Assembly (NCBI GenBank): GCA_963760995.1
Contig: CAVXFJ010000004.1
Coordinates: 967,128 to 999,127, forward strand
Source of the DNA: an uncultured Pseudomonadota bacterium
GTDB taxonomy: Bacteria > Pseudomonadota > Alphaproteobacteria > Rhizobiales > Xanthobacteraceae
Reading direction: 5' to 3'
DNA: 32,000 bases
Made by a program: the position numbers and the translations under genes. Positions 9,835 through 18,577 of this stretch are shown one piece after another; within the stretch, counting starts at the first letter, position 1; each line of letters starts with the position of its first letter. The notes below the pieces were generated by a model. That model saw only the letters and a program-made list of their open reading frames with translations, was not told where the DNA came from and searched no databases.

Positions 9835-9906
9835 AACTGTATTTCAATGTTCTCTCGCAGATTTACGAACGACCTCGCGCTAATTCGCTTCCCAGGCGAT
9901 ATTTTA

Positions 9907-11760
9907 TCAAGGAGCCTTGTCTGACGTCTTGCTGTCTGAGGTCGTTCCCGCGAGCGCCTTAAAAGCATCGGGCTCCACAGGCGCGCCAAAAAGGTAGCCT
10001 TGGCCAAATGGGCAATTCATGGCCCCGAGGGCATCCCTTTGGGCTTCTGTCTCAATTCCTTCTGCAACGATATCGAGCCCCAATTCTCGGCCAATCTCGA
10101 TAGTGGCGCCGACGATAATGCGCTTGGCGGTGCTCTGCGACATTTCACTGACCAAGCCCTTGTCAATCTTGATCTCGGTCAGCGGATATCGGTCGATATA
10201 GCGAAAGGATGAATATCCGACGCCAAAATCGTCAACCGACAGGCCGACCCCGAGTTCTCGCAACTGATGAAGCATCGTCAGAAGTTGTGGCGTCTCCTCG
10301 GCCAGCATGCGTTCGGTAAGCTCAAGTGTCAGCCAGGCAGGGTCTGCACCGCTTTCTTTCATGGCGTCTTGAAGGGAGGCAACAATGTTTCGATGAGTCA
10401 ACTCGATGGCCGCGACGTTGACCGAGAAATGCAGTGGGGTCTGCCGGTGCCGGTTCACTTCGGCTGCGAAGCGAGCTACCTCGCGTCTGCCCCAGTGACC
10501 AATATCGAGAATCAGCCCGGTATCCTCGGCGAGTTCAATAAACCGGTCGGGACGCTGAAGCCCGAACACACCGTGATTCCAGCGCAGCAGAGCCTCGGCG
10601 CCGACAATCGCCCCTGTGCGCAGGTCAACGCGCGGCTGGTAGTGGAACACGAATTCGCTATTGGCGACCGCTTGCTGGAGTTCGTTGGTCATGCGTTGCC
10701 GCTGAACAGAACGGCGCTGGTCGGCAGCGTCAAACTCCATGACTTCACGAAGCGGAGTTTTCCGCGAGTGATGAAGAGCGGCTCCTGCCTGGCGAAGTAG
10801 AGAGAGGGCGTTGCCGCCGGCTTGTCCGATCGCGAAGCCAGTCGCGAACCTGACCTCGATGGAGGCGCCCGGAAGCGTGAACCGCTGGTCCAGCGCGATG
10901 CTGATCCGGCGCAGCCAAGCTACAGCCTGCTCGCGTTCGTCCACGAGGCAAGCAATGGCAAATTCGTCGCCTCCAGTGCGCGCGATCAAGGCGGGGCCAA
11001 GCGCCTGCAGCCGTTGTGCGGTCTGTTGCAGAAGTGCGTCGCCGACATCGAATCCATAGCTTGTGTTGATGTCCTGGAAATGCGCCACGTTGATCTTGAC
11101 TATTACCGGCAATTGCGTGGAGCGCGTCGACAACGCGTCAAACCGCTCCACAAAGGTATAACGGTTCAAGCTACCAGTGAGCTGATCGTGGTGCTCGGCG
11201 CGATCAATTCGCTCGGCCGAGAGATACAAGTCGGTCACATCTCTGATGAGGCCCACGAGGTAAGTCCTTTTGCCGGGAGCGGGGAACGGCAAAAGTCGGA
11301 TGGAGTTCCAGAAGAGGCGGCCGTCCTTGCGATAATTTCGCAAGGTGACGGCGATGGGCTTAAGCTCGGTGATCGCCTCTCGCATCCTGGCGATCTCTGG
11401 CTGAAGCCTGTCGCTTCCTTGCAAATAACGGCAGTTCTTGCCAATCACTTCGGTGCGGGAATAGCCCGTGATGGTCTCGAAGGCGCGATTCACATGGATG
11501 AGCCGAAGGTGCGGATCGTTGGCGTCCGCAATGAGCACTCCCTCGTCGATCTCCTCAATTAGCGCACCAATAGCTTCGGCTGACATACTGGCGAATTCGT
11601 TCGCGTGCTCTGGCTGGGCACGTTCAGTCCCTGTAAAACTGGGAAGAAAGCGATCGATCGCGATGAATTTTTTGCCCGTCATTCGCGGTTGAGTCCTCAA
11701 ATAACTTCCGGTGTTGGGCTCAGGAGCATTGCCGAGCGGGTCGGAGCGGGAACTGCTCAT
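9907..11760 (-). CDS. PAS-GGDEF-EAL c-di-GMP turnover protein
   Basis: 617 aa with a PAS-like segment (FETITGYSRTEVIGKNCRYLQG), a GGDEF site (RTGGDEFAI) and an EAL domain (EALLRW...DDFGVGYSS...KIDKG). The start could alternatively be the internal MTGKK. Confidence 0.9.
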   Translation of the reverse strand: MSSSRSDPLGNAPEPNTGSYLRTQPRMTGKKFIAIDRFLPSFTGTERAQPEHANEFASMSAEAIGALIEEIDEGVLIADANDPHLRLIHVNRAFETITGYSRTEVIGKNCRYLQGSDRLQPEIARMREAITELKPIAVTLRNYRKDGRLFWNSIRLLPFPAPGKRTYLVGLIRDVTDLYLSAERIDRAEHHDQLTGSLNRYTFVERFDALSTRSTQLPVIVKINVAHFQDINTSYGFDVGDALLQQTAQRLQALGPALIARTGGDEFAIACLVDEREQAVAWLRRISIALDQRFTLPGASIEVRFATGFAIGQAGGNALSLLRQAGAALHHSRKTPLREVMEFDAADQRRSVQRQRMTNELQQAVANSEFVFHYQPRVDLRTGAIVGAEALLRWNHGVFGLQRPDRFIELAEDTGLILDIGHWGRREVARFAAEVNRHRQTPLHFSVNVAAIELTHRNIVASLQDAMKESGADPAWLTLELTERMLAEETPQLLTMLHQLRELGVGLSVDDFGVGYSSFRYIDRYPLTEIKIDKGLVSEMSQSTAKRIIVGATIEIGRELGLDIVAEGIETEAQRDALGAMNCPFGQGYLFGAPVEPDAFKALAGTTSDSKTSDKAP

Positions 11761-11974
11761 GGCGTCTCAGCTACCAAGGCTCAGGAGGGAGCCGCGTACA
11801 CGGCGCGAAATAGTGCAGGGCGACCAGTGGCGGTACTCGTGCGGCTACGGGGCCGCTACCTCGCGAGGCTACCAGGATCGAGACGACAAGCAGCCGTGGC
11901 GTCCCGCCACAACCGGTGCTAGATTGTCGCTGAAATGGTTCGCAGAGATGGTGCCCGGTAAAGGTGGTGCCTGA

Positions 11975-12901
11975 ATGTCACGCCATGAGCGAACTGCCTC
12001 AGGTGCCGACCAGTTGCGCGACACCGGTCTTGGCCCTGTCGGCGACCGGGCTTGGGGCACGCATATCTGTCTGTTCTACGAGACACCCCAAGACCTGTAC
12101 GATGTGCACGCCGAGTATTTTGGCGCCGGCTTGGCGAACGGGGAGTTCTGTATCTGGGCGTTATCGGACCCGATCAACCGGGATAATGCCATCGAGGCGT
12201 TGCGCAAATCCGTTCCAGATTTCGATAAGCATCTGCGAGACGGTCAAATCGAATTCATCCCAGGCTACCAATGGTATCTCCGCGGCGATGAATTCGACCC
12301 GCAACGGATCACCGGCGGCTGGCATGCCAAACTTGACGACGCGCTCGCTCGCGGCTTCGACGGCATGCGGGTCAGCGGCAATGCCTTCTGGTTCGAGACC
12401 GGCCTCTGGACAACGTTTCGTGAGTACGAGGCCGAACTCGACCGTTCGCTTGCCGGCCGGCGAATGATCGTACTTTGCACCTATTCGCTTGCGGCAAGCC
12501 GCGCCGTTGACGTGCTCGATGTGGCTCGCACGCACAATTTCTCGATTGCGAAACGAGACGGCCGATGGGAGTTCCTTGAAACGCCGGAGCTTGCCGAAGC
12601 AAGGCGCGAGATCGGGAGGTTAAATGGCGCCATCGATATTCTCTCGAAACCGTTCCCCGGTAGTCGGCGCCTGACCCATCGAGAGCAGGTTGTGCTAGCT
12701 CAAGTCGTCAAGGGCGCCTCGAGCAAAGAAGCGGGTCGCAATCTCAAAATAAGTCCGCGCACGGTCGAGTTTCATCGCAAGAATATCATGCGCAAGCTCG
12801 GTGCGCGGAATGTCGTCGACCTTCTAGGAATCGTACTTGGGAGTAGTCCCCGACAATACAGCCTATCCAAGTCCCCCATAGTCGGTGAGCCTCAGCAATA
12901 G
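11975..12901 (+). CDS. MEDS-domain / LuxR-family HTH transcriptional regulator
   Basis: The N-terminus HICLFYETPQDLYDVHAEYFGAGLANGEFCIWAL resembles the MEDS sensory domain. The C-terminus LTHREQVVLAQVVKGASSKEAGRNLKISPRTVEFHRKNIMRKLG is a LuxR/GerE HTH. Confidence 0.8.
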   Translation: MSRHERTASGADQLRDTGLGPVGDRAWGTHICLFYETPQDLYDVHAEYFGAGLANGEFCIWALSDPINRDNAIEALRKSVPDFDKHLRDGQIEFIPGYQWYLRGDEFDPQRITGGWHAKLDDALARGFDGMRVSGNAFWFETGLWTTFREYEAELDRSLAGRRMIVLCTYSLAASRAVDVLDVARTHNFSIAKRDGRWEFLETPELAEARREIGRLNGAIDILSKPFPGSRRLTHREQVVLAQVVKGASSKEAGRNLKISPRTVEFHRKNIMRKLGARNVVDLLGIVLGSSPRQYSLSKSPIVGEPQQ

Positions 12902-12997
12902 GGTCTTGCTCGGGCTAAGACCGAGATCTCCTTGCAACGGAGCGCAATTGGCCGAACGAGGGAGAAACGGAGCGTAGTCCGGCGAAGTTCTGCGTCG

Positions 12998-13011
12998 TGG
13001 CGGAGGGAGAG
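12998..13011. repeat. Direct repeat copy B, TGGCGGAGGGAGAG (putative left att of the integrative element)
   Basis: Exact 14-mer located 180 bp upstream of the integrase start. Confidence 0.8.
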
Positions 13012-13190
13012 ACCGACCTCATAGCCTTCGGAGAGGTTCGGTAAGGCTCGGGGAGCTACCTCCAAGCCATTGGAATTGCTATTCTTTCTTGTAGACTTTC
13101 GTTCGGTACCATCCGAGAATCATCGGTGAGACCCGGCCTGTTTTCGCGTGCTGGCCGGGGTCGGATCGGGGTCGGGAGGTACGGCGGACA

Positions 13191-14468
13191 ATGCGGAATT
13201 CGAACAAGGCGGTGTTGACCGCGAAGCGAATTGAGCGGCTGGGCGCGGTCGGCCGTTATCCCGACGCCCGCGTGCCGGGCCTCTGCTACCAGATCAGCCG
13301 GACGGGCGGGCGCTCCTGGGTCTTGCGCTATGCGCTTCACCGTAAGGAACGGATGCTCGGCCTGGGACGCGCCGATCTAGTGTCGGTCGACGAGGCCCGC
13401 GAGCGCGCCTGGGCAGCGTGGAAATTGATCCTCGACGGCACCGACCCCGTCGAGCGAAAGCGCGCGACGGTGGTGACGCTCGGTGGCCTTACGTTTCAAG
13501 AAGCGTGTGACCGATACATCGCCTCGCACAAGGCCGGGTGGAAGAACGCGAAGCACGCGGCCCAATGGGGCGCGACGCTCTCCACCTATGCCTGGCCGGT
13601 CATCGGCGCGCTCTCGGTCGCGCAGATCGACACCGCTGCGGTCATGCAGGTGCTTGAGCAGGAGCCGGCAGGCTATCCAGGTAAAACGTTGTGGACCGCG
13701 ATCCCCGAGACGGCAAGTCGGCTGCGTCAACGGACGGAGGCAATTCTCGATTGGGCGAAGGCTAGAGGCTTTCGCACTGGCGAGAACCCGGCCCGCTGGC
13801 GCGGCCACCTCGACAAGCTCCTCCCCGCCCGCGCCAAAATTGCCAAGGTGGAACACCAACCCGCACTCCCCTACGCCGACATTCCGGCATTCATGGGTCA
13901 GTTGCGCGAGCGCGGCGGTGTCGCCGCACGCGCATTGGAATTCCTCATCCTGACCGCGTGCCGCTCGGGCGAGGTGGCTGGGGCACGCTGGTCCGAAATC
14001 GACCTGGGCGCGAAAGTTTGGATCATACGCGCAGAACGGATGAAAGCGGGACGTGAACACCGGGTGCCGTTGACCGACGCGGTCATCAAATTGATCGAGC
14101 GCATTCCATCAGAAGCCGATAGTGATTACATTTTTGTCGGCCCGCGCGCAGGCCATCCGATTAGTAACGCGGCGATGGCGAAGGTGATGAAGGAATTGGC
14201 GGCTCCATCGACCACCCCTGGCAGGATCGCGACCATGCACGGTATGCGATCGACATTTCGCGATTGGGCTGCCGAAATAACAAATTTTCCGCGCGAGGTT
14301 GCTGAGGCGGCGCTGGCGCATACGCTGATAAATAAAGTCGAGGCTGCTTACCAGCGGGGCGACCTGATCTTGCGCCGCCGTAAGTTGATGGAGGAATGGG
14401 ACCGTTATTGTCATTCACCGGTGCCTGCTGGCGATAGAGTTGTGCCGATGCGGAGAGTGGCGGAATGA
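13191..14468 (+). CDS. int: Tyrosine recombinase / P4-type integrase (N-terminal DUF4102-like arm-binding domain)
   Basis: LTAKRIERL...PGLCYQISRTGGRSWVLRY is the P4-integrase N-terminal domain. The catalytic region is LILTACRSGEVAGARWSEIDL...HRVPL...HGMRSTFRDWA...LAH...AYQRGD. Confidence 0.9.
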   Translation: MRNSNKAVLTAKRIERLGAVGRYPDARVPGLCYQISRTGGRSWVLRYALHRKERMLGLGRADLVSVDEARERAWAAWKLILDGTDPVERKRATVVTLGGLTFQEACDRYIASHKAGWKNAKHAAQWGATLSTYAWPVIGALSVAQIDTAAVMQVLEQEPAGYPGKTLWTAIPETASRLRQRTEAILDWAKARGFRTGENPARWRGHLDKLLPARAKIAKVEHQPALPYADIPAFMGQLRERGGVAARALEFLILTACRSGEVAGARWSEIDLGAKVWIIRAERMKAGREHRVPLTDAVIKLIERIPSEADSDYIFVGPRAGHPISNAAMAKVMKELAAPSTTPGRIATMHGMRSTFRDWAAEITNFPREVAEAALAHTLINKVEAAYQRGDLILRRRKLMEEWDRYCHSPVPAGDRVVPMRRVAE

Positions 14469-15022
14469 AACGACCGAAAAAAGTCGGCTATGCGGGCAAA
14501 GAAAGCGTCCCTAAGCATAAGCGCTGGTGGGGATCGGGTAAATCTGACCCAGCCGAGGCCAAGCGGATGTTTGGATGCGACCTAACAGGATTCGAAAGTG
14601 ACAGAGCAACAGATTTTGAGTGGCCGCTCCTGTCCGACGAACAAATTCACAGTCATGAGTTCGATGCGGTCGAATACGCCGACCGTACTGGCGATCCTCG
14701 CCGAGTTATAGAATTGGTGCGTGAAAAAGCCGGAAAGTTAGTTGCTGATTATTTGGAGCGCAAGTTGATCCATAAACGCACTCCAATCTACGATCGATCC
14801 CCGCCCGATACGCGTCTTTACAACGCAACAGCGAAGATTGAACAGCTCATTAAAGAGCAGGGCTTTTCTAAAGATGAAGCGATCAAGGAAGTCGTCCGTA
14901 GCGACCACATTCCAGATAAGACATTGCGAAATTTTTTGAGTGGAAAGCGGGGATCAGAACGTCGGATGAGAAAAGGTTTCCGAGGCGCGGCATCCAAGTA
15001 CCCCTCTGGTTCAAAACCCTAG
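14465..15022 (+). CDS. Hypothetical protein (185 aa), translationally coupled to int
   Basis: ATGA overlap with the int stop at 14465-14468. No family recognised. Confidence 0.5.
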   Translation: MKRPKKVGYAGKESVPKHKRWWGSGKSDPAEAKRMFGCDLTGFESDRATDFEWPLLSDEQIHSHEFDAVEYADRTGDPRRVIELVREKAGKLVADYLERKLIHKRTPIYDRSPPDTRLYNATAKIEQLIKEQGFSKDEAIKEVVRSDHIPDKTLRNFLSGKRGSERRMRKGFRGAASKYPSGSKP

Positions 15023-15043
15023 CTGTAATAACAAGTTAGCTTG

Positions 15044-15083
15044 CCGCCCCGATCACCCCCCTGTTCGGGGCGGTTTTGCTTTT
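15044..15083 (+). terminator. Rho-independent terminator
   Basis: 9-bp GC stem CCGCCCCGA (15044-15052) pairs with TCGGGGCGG (15065-15073), followed by TTTTGCTTTT. Confidence 0.7.
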
Positions 15084-15141
15084 CGACGAAACGCGCTTTC
15101 CTCCGGTTTAACTCGAACCCAACCGGAGCGTCGTTTTGCAG

Positions 15142-15351
15142 ATGAAAGAACACCTCAAATATCCGCGGCTAATGCGCATTCACGACGTAGCCGAGTTTTG
15201 TGGCCTACGGCCGACACAAATCTACGAGCATGCCAAGAAAGGCGATTTTCCAAAGCCGATCAAGCTGACCGAAAGCGGCCGAGCTGTGGCGTGGGATGAG
15301 GACGAGTTGATTGCCTGGCGCAATGCGCGCCTAACGGCGCGCGAGGCCTAG
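15142..15351 (+). CDS. alpA: AlpA/Xis-like HTH DNA-binding protein (excisionase or transcriptional regulator)
   Basis: LMRIHDVAEFCGLRPTQIYEHAKKGDFPKPIKLTESGRAVAWDEDELIAWRNAR matches the AlpA/MerR-type phage regulator pattern. The ATG at 15142 is preferred over the TTG at 15136. Confidence 0.8.
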   Translation: MKEHLKYPRLMRIHDVAEFCGLRPTQIYEHAKKGDFPKPIKLTESGRAVAWDEDELIAWRNARLTAREA

Positions 15352-15353
15352 TC

Positions 15354-15692
15354 ATGCCCGCAATGACACTACCTAAGACCCTGGTTCCTGGCGTGGACAA
15401 TCGCGTCGGCGAATTTTGGATTGCCTTCGATAAGGCAGGGCAACGGCGAAAAGTTGTTCCCTATCGTGTGTTTTATGGATTGCATGTCGATATCGTTCTA
15501 ACGGCCGATCACCGGTTCGTCGAGGAGACGGTCACGTATAGCTCGTCTGTAGTACCGCCTGAGACAGGGTGGCGCATATTTCTGGATGACGGCGATACTT
15601 TCGTATGGCGCCGACCACTTACGATCCGCTTGTTGAAGAGCGACACGTCGAAGCTGTTGCGCATGCTTGCTGCCGCTGAAAGGGGCGCGTGA
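15354..15692 (+). CDS. Hypothetical protein (112 aa)
   Basis: Starts 2 nt after the alpA stop. No family recognised. Confidence 0.5.
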   Translation: MPAMTLPKTLVPGVDNRVGEFWIAFDKAGQRRKVVPYRVFYGLHVDIVLTADHRFVEETVTYSSSVVPPETGWRIFLDDGDTFVWRRPLTIRLLKSDTSKLLRMLAAAERGA

Positions 15693-16657
15693 TGGGAGCG
15701 GTGAAAGAGCTCCTCTTCGCCCAAAGCGACCCGAGCATCCACGGCCCGAGAGCTATCCCGCGAATTGATGAAAGCCGCGATCTCACATGGGCCGAGATTA
15801 ATGATGCTACCCGAGGGGCAGTTGGCAAATTTTCTCTGCCCTGCCCATTTTGCGGTCCAGAAATGGCACACTCCTCACGATTTAGAATTGAGCGTCCCAC
15901 CCTCGGTTACGCGCGATGGTATTGTTTCTATTGCGGCGAAAGTGGGTCGCTGAGGCGCAATAGTCCTACCGATCCGAAAAACGAGGCGGCTGCCCGTCGT
16001 GCAGCGGTCGCACGCGAACAAGAGCAGAAAGCTGAAAGGACCGCGCGAGCACTTGCGCTATGGGAAGCTGCCAGCACGATAGTCGGTTCACTGGTAGTCG
16101 ACTATCTGCAGGCGCGCGCCATCCGCGACCTGCCGCCAGATGTCGACGCTGTGCTCCGGTATCACCCTTCTTGCTCCTTTGGGCGCGACGGACCGCGCCC
16201 ATGCATGCTCGCGCTCATGCGCGACGTGCGGACTGATAAGCCGCGCGCCGTGCACAGGACGTGGATCGGTAGTGGCGGCCGAGCACTTGGACGTATGGCG
16301 CTCGGCCCGATTGCCCGCGCTGCCGTGAAGCTGTGGCCGACTGGTGGGCCGAGCCTCGTCGTTGGCGAGGGCATTGAGACTGTGCTCGCCGCCGCTCTCC
16401 ATCTGGAGCGCGCTGACGGCGAGGCGCTGAGGCCTGCATGGGCGCTGACAGTCGCCAACAACTTGACCAGATTCCCGCTAATCCGAGGCGTCCAGCGCCT
16501 CGTAATCCTGACCGACAATGACGTCAGCGGTGTCGGTCAGCGCGCCGCTGAGACGTGCTCTAGCCGTTGGTGCGACGCCGGCCGTCAAACTGTGAAATTG
16601 ATACCGAACCGGCTTGGGGCTGACTTCAATGATGTATTGAAGGAAGCAGCCCTATGA
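15689..16657 (+). CDS. Zinc-ribbon plus Toprim-domain protein (primase-like module)
   Basis: CPFCGPE...WYCFYCGESG forms a four-Cys zinc ribbon. LVVGEGIETVLAA...LVILTDNDVSGVGQRAAE is a Toprim E...DxD pattern. Both the start and the stop overlap neighbouring genes. Confidence 0.7.
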   Translation: MMGAVKELLFAQSDPSIHGPRAIPRIDESRDLTWAEINDATRGAVGKFSLPCPFCGPEMAHSSRFRIERPTLGYARWYCFYCGESGSLRRNSPTDPKNEAAARRAAVAREQEQKAERTARALALWEAASTIVGSLVVDYLQARAIRDLPPDVDAVLRYHPSCSFGRDGPRPCMLALMRDVRTDKPRAVHRTWIGSGGRALGRMALGPIARAAVKLWPTGGPSLVVGEGIETVLAAALHLERADGEALRPAWALTVANNLTRFPLIRGVQRLVILTDNDVSGVGQRAAETCSSRWCDAGRQTVKLIPNRLGADFNDVLKEAAL

Positions 16658-18087
16658 GCCTCGCTGGCGACTTTTCTGAGCAATCCGGCTCTCCATCTCC
16701 CATTTTCTCGGAGAGCGACTTAGCTGATCGCTTTGCTGAGCGACATAAGGCAGAGCTCCGCTATGTCGCGGAATGGAGTCAGTGGTTTTGCTACAACGGC
16801 AAATATTGGAAGAAGGAAAAAACGCTGCTGGCGTTCGATCTCGTGCGTGCTCTCTGCCGCGAGATCGCTCGCGGATGTAACAAATCCGCTGAAGCCAAGG
16901 CGCTGACGAGCGGGAAAACGATCGCAGCTATCGAAAAGATCGCGAAAGCAGATCGGCGTCTCGCTGCCACCATCGACCAGTGGGATCGCGACCCGTGGCT
17001 ATTGAATACACCTGCCGGTGTCGTCGATCTACGGAATGGAAAGATGCGGGAGCATGACCCTGAAGACTACTTGACGAAGATCACCGCCGTGGCGCCCAAA
17101 GGCAAGTGCGCCTTGTGGAAGAGCCATTTGGCTGTTGTCATGGCCGACGACGCAGAGCTGATTGGATTTCTGCAGCGCGCGCTGGGCTATTCCCTGACCG
17201 GCATCACCCGGGAACACGCGCTCTTTTTCGGCCACGGCACCGGGGCTAATGGCAAGGGCACCACGTTTGAGACCGTCGCACACGTGCTTGGCGACTATGC
17301 TCGGACGGCGCCAATGGAAGTGTTCCAGTATTCGTCCATCGACCGGCACCCAACCGAACTCGCCATGTTGCAGGGTGCGCGCTTCGTGACGGCCAGCGAG
17401 ACCGAGGAAGGCCGGGGTTGGGCTGAGAGTAGAATCAAGACGCTCACAGGTGGCGACCGCATCTCTGCAAGGTTTATGCGACAGGATTTTTTCGAGTACT
17501 TGCCCCAATTTAAACTTTGGCTGACGGGAAACCATAAGCCGTCGATTCGCTCGGTCGATGAAGCAATCCGCCGACGCTTCAATCTGATCCCGTTTGCCGT
17601 GACGATTCCGCCCGATAAGCGCGATAAGGAACTTGTGTCGAAGCTGAAGGAGGAGAGCGCAGGGATTTTGGCCTGGATGATCCAGGGCTGCTTGCTTTGG
17701 CAGCAGAACGGCCTCAACCCGCCGCTGGCAGTGAAGCGGGCAACCGATGAATACTTGGCAGCCGAGGACGCGCTGCGCCTGTGGTTTGAGGAGTGCTGCG
17801 TCGTCGACGCGGCAGAGCCGGGTACGTTTACGAGCGAACTATATGAAAGCTGGAAACTCTGGGCCGAAAAGAATGGAGAATACCCGCGCAGCCTGAAAAA
17901 GTTCTCGTTGTCACTAGACGCCAAGAGCAAGGAGCTCGGGATCGAGAAGACGAATGACCTCCGGCGGAAGGGAAACATTTCTGAGTATGTCTGCGGGAAG
18001 ATTGTCTGGAAGGCTGTCGAGAAGCACGGGCGCGGATTTACCGGTGTTCGCCTCAAGACTCATCAAGAAAGCGAACCTCACATATGA
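16654..18087 (+). CDS. P4-family phage/plasmid primase C-terminal region / D5-like SF3 helicase
   Basis: 477 aa with WLLNTPAGVVDLRNG, a Walker A in FFGHGTGANGKGT, then ASETEEG and IPF...IPPDKRDKEL..KLKEE..GILAWMIQGCLLWQQNGL. This is typical of P4 alpha / D5 C-terminal proteins. Confidence 0.85.
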   Translation: MSLAGDFSEQSGSPSPIFSESDLADRFAERHKAELRYVAEWSQWFCYNGKYWKKEKTLLAFDLVRALCREIARGCNKSAEAKALTSGKTIAAIEKIAKADRRLAATIDQWDRDPWLLNTPAGVVDLRNGKMREHDPEDYLTKITAVAPKGKCALWKSHLAVVMADDAELIGFLQRALGYSLTGITREHALFFGHGTGANGKGTTFETVAHVLGDYARTAPMEVFQYSSIDRHPTELAMLQGARFVTASETEEGRGWAESRIKTLTGGDRISARFMRQDFFEYLPQFKLWLTGNHKPSIRSVDEAIRRRFNLIPFAVTIPPDKRDKELVSKLKEESAGILAWMIQGCLLWQQNGLNPPLAVKRATDEYLAAEDALRLWFEECCVVDAAEPGTFTSELYESWKLWAEKNGEYPRSLKKFSLSLDAKSKELGIEKTNDLRRKGNISEYVCGKIVWKAVEKHGRGFTGVRLKTHQESEPHI

Positions 18088-18090
18088 GTT

Positions 18091-18262
18091 CGCGCGGATC
18101 GCGCGCGTATTCCGGAATTTGAGCGTCACACTGGAAGTTGGGGTCCGCCGCGGATAGCGCGGATTTTCTATTATCGCCGTTTAGCGCCAAACATCTCTAA
18201 CGTCCTATTAAGGAAGTCCCGCGCGATCCGCGCGGATTCTGATTTATCTGGGCAATCCGCGC
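18091..18262. promoter_or_regulatory. Iteron-like array of (GC)GCGGAT motifs; putative origin or primase-helicase binding region
   Basis: The hexamer GCGGAT occurs at 18094, 18150, 18159 and 18232. Its complement ATCCGC occurs at 18226 and 18255. A perfect 12-nt palindrome ATCCGCGCGGAT lies at 18226-18237. An AT-richer stretch follows up to 18577. Confidence 0.55.
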
Positions 18263-18577
18263 CCCAGCCGAGACGACGCTGGACTGGACAATGTGATAGG
18301 AATATATCCCTACGATCAGGGTCCTTGATACGCCAAAATACTATGCCGGGAAAGGCGGCGGGCAACCCCTGGGTCTGCATCAATCAAAAAATCGTGGGTT
18401 ATTAAGTGTCGAATCCATTCCCTGTGCTCTCCGGCCACCCTACGCCGATTACGCGGCCTCCTATAGAGAGCCGTTCAACATCATCAATTCTATTCAACGT
18501 TTGATTTCTGGAATTAGTTGTACCCGACCTTGCGCACCGTACATTAAAATTGGAGCGGTCAAACGCGGAGCTCGGCA

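Noticed and set aside
9820-9910. tRNA genes at the three TGGCGGAGGGAGAG copies (also 12998-13090 and 26296-26420)
   Set aside because: On the reverse strand only the acceptor 3' strand plus GCCA is present. I could not find a T-arm (GGTTCGAATCC-like), an anticodon arm or the matching GGAGGGA 5' strand at any copy. They are called att-like repeats, not tRNAs.
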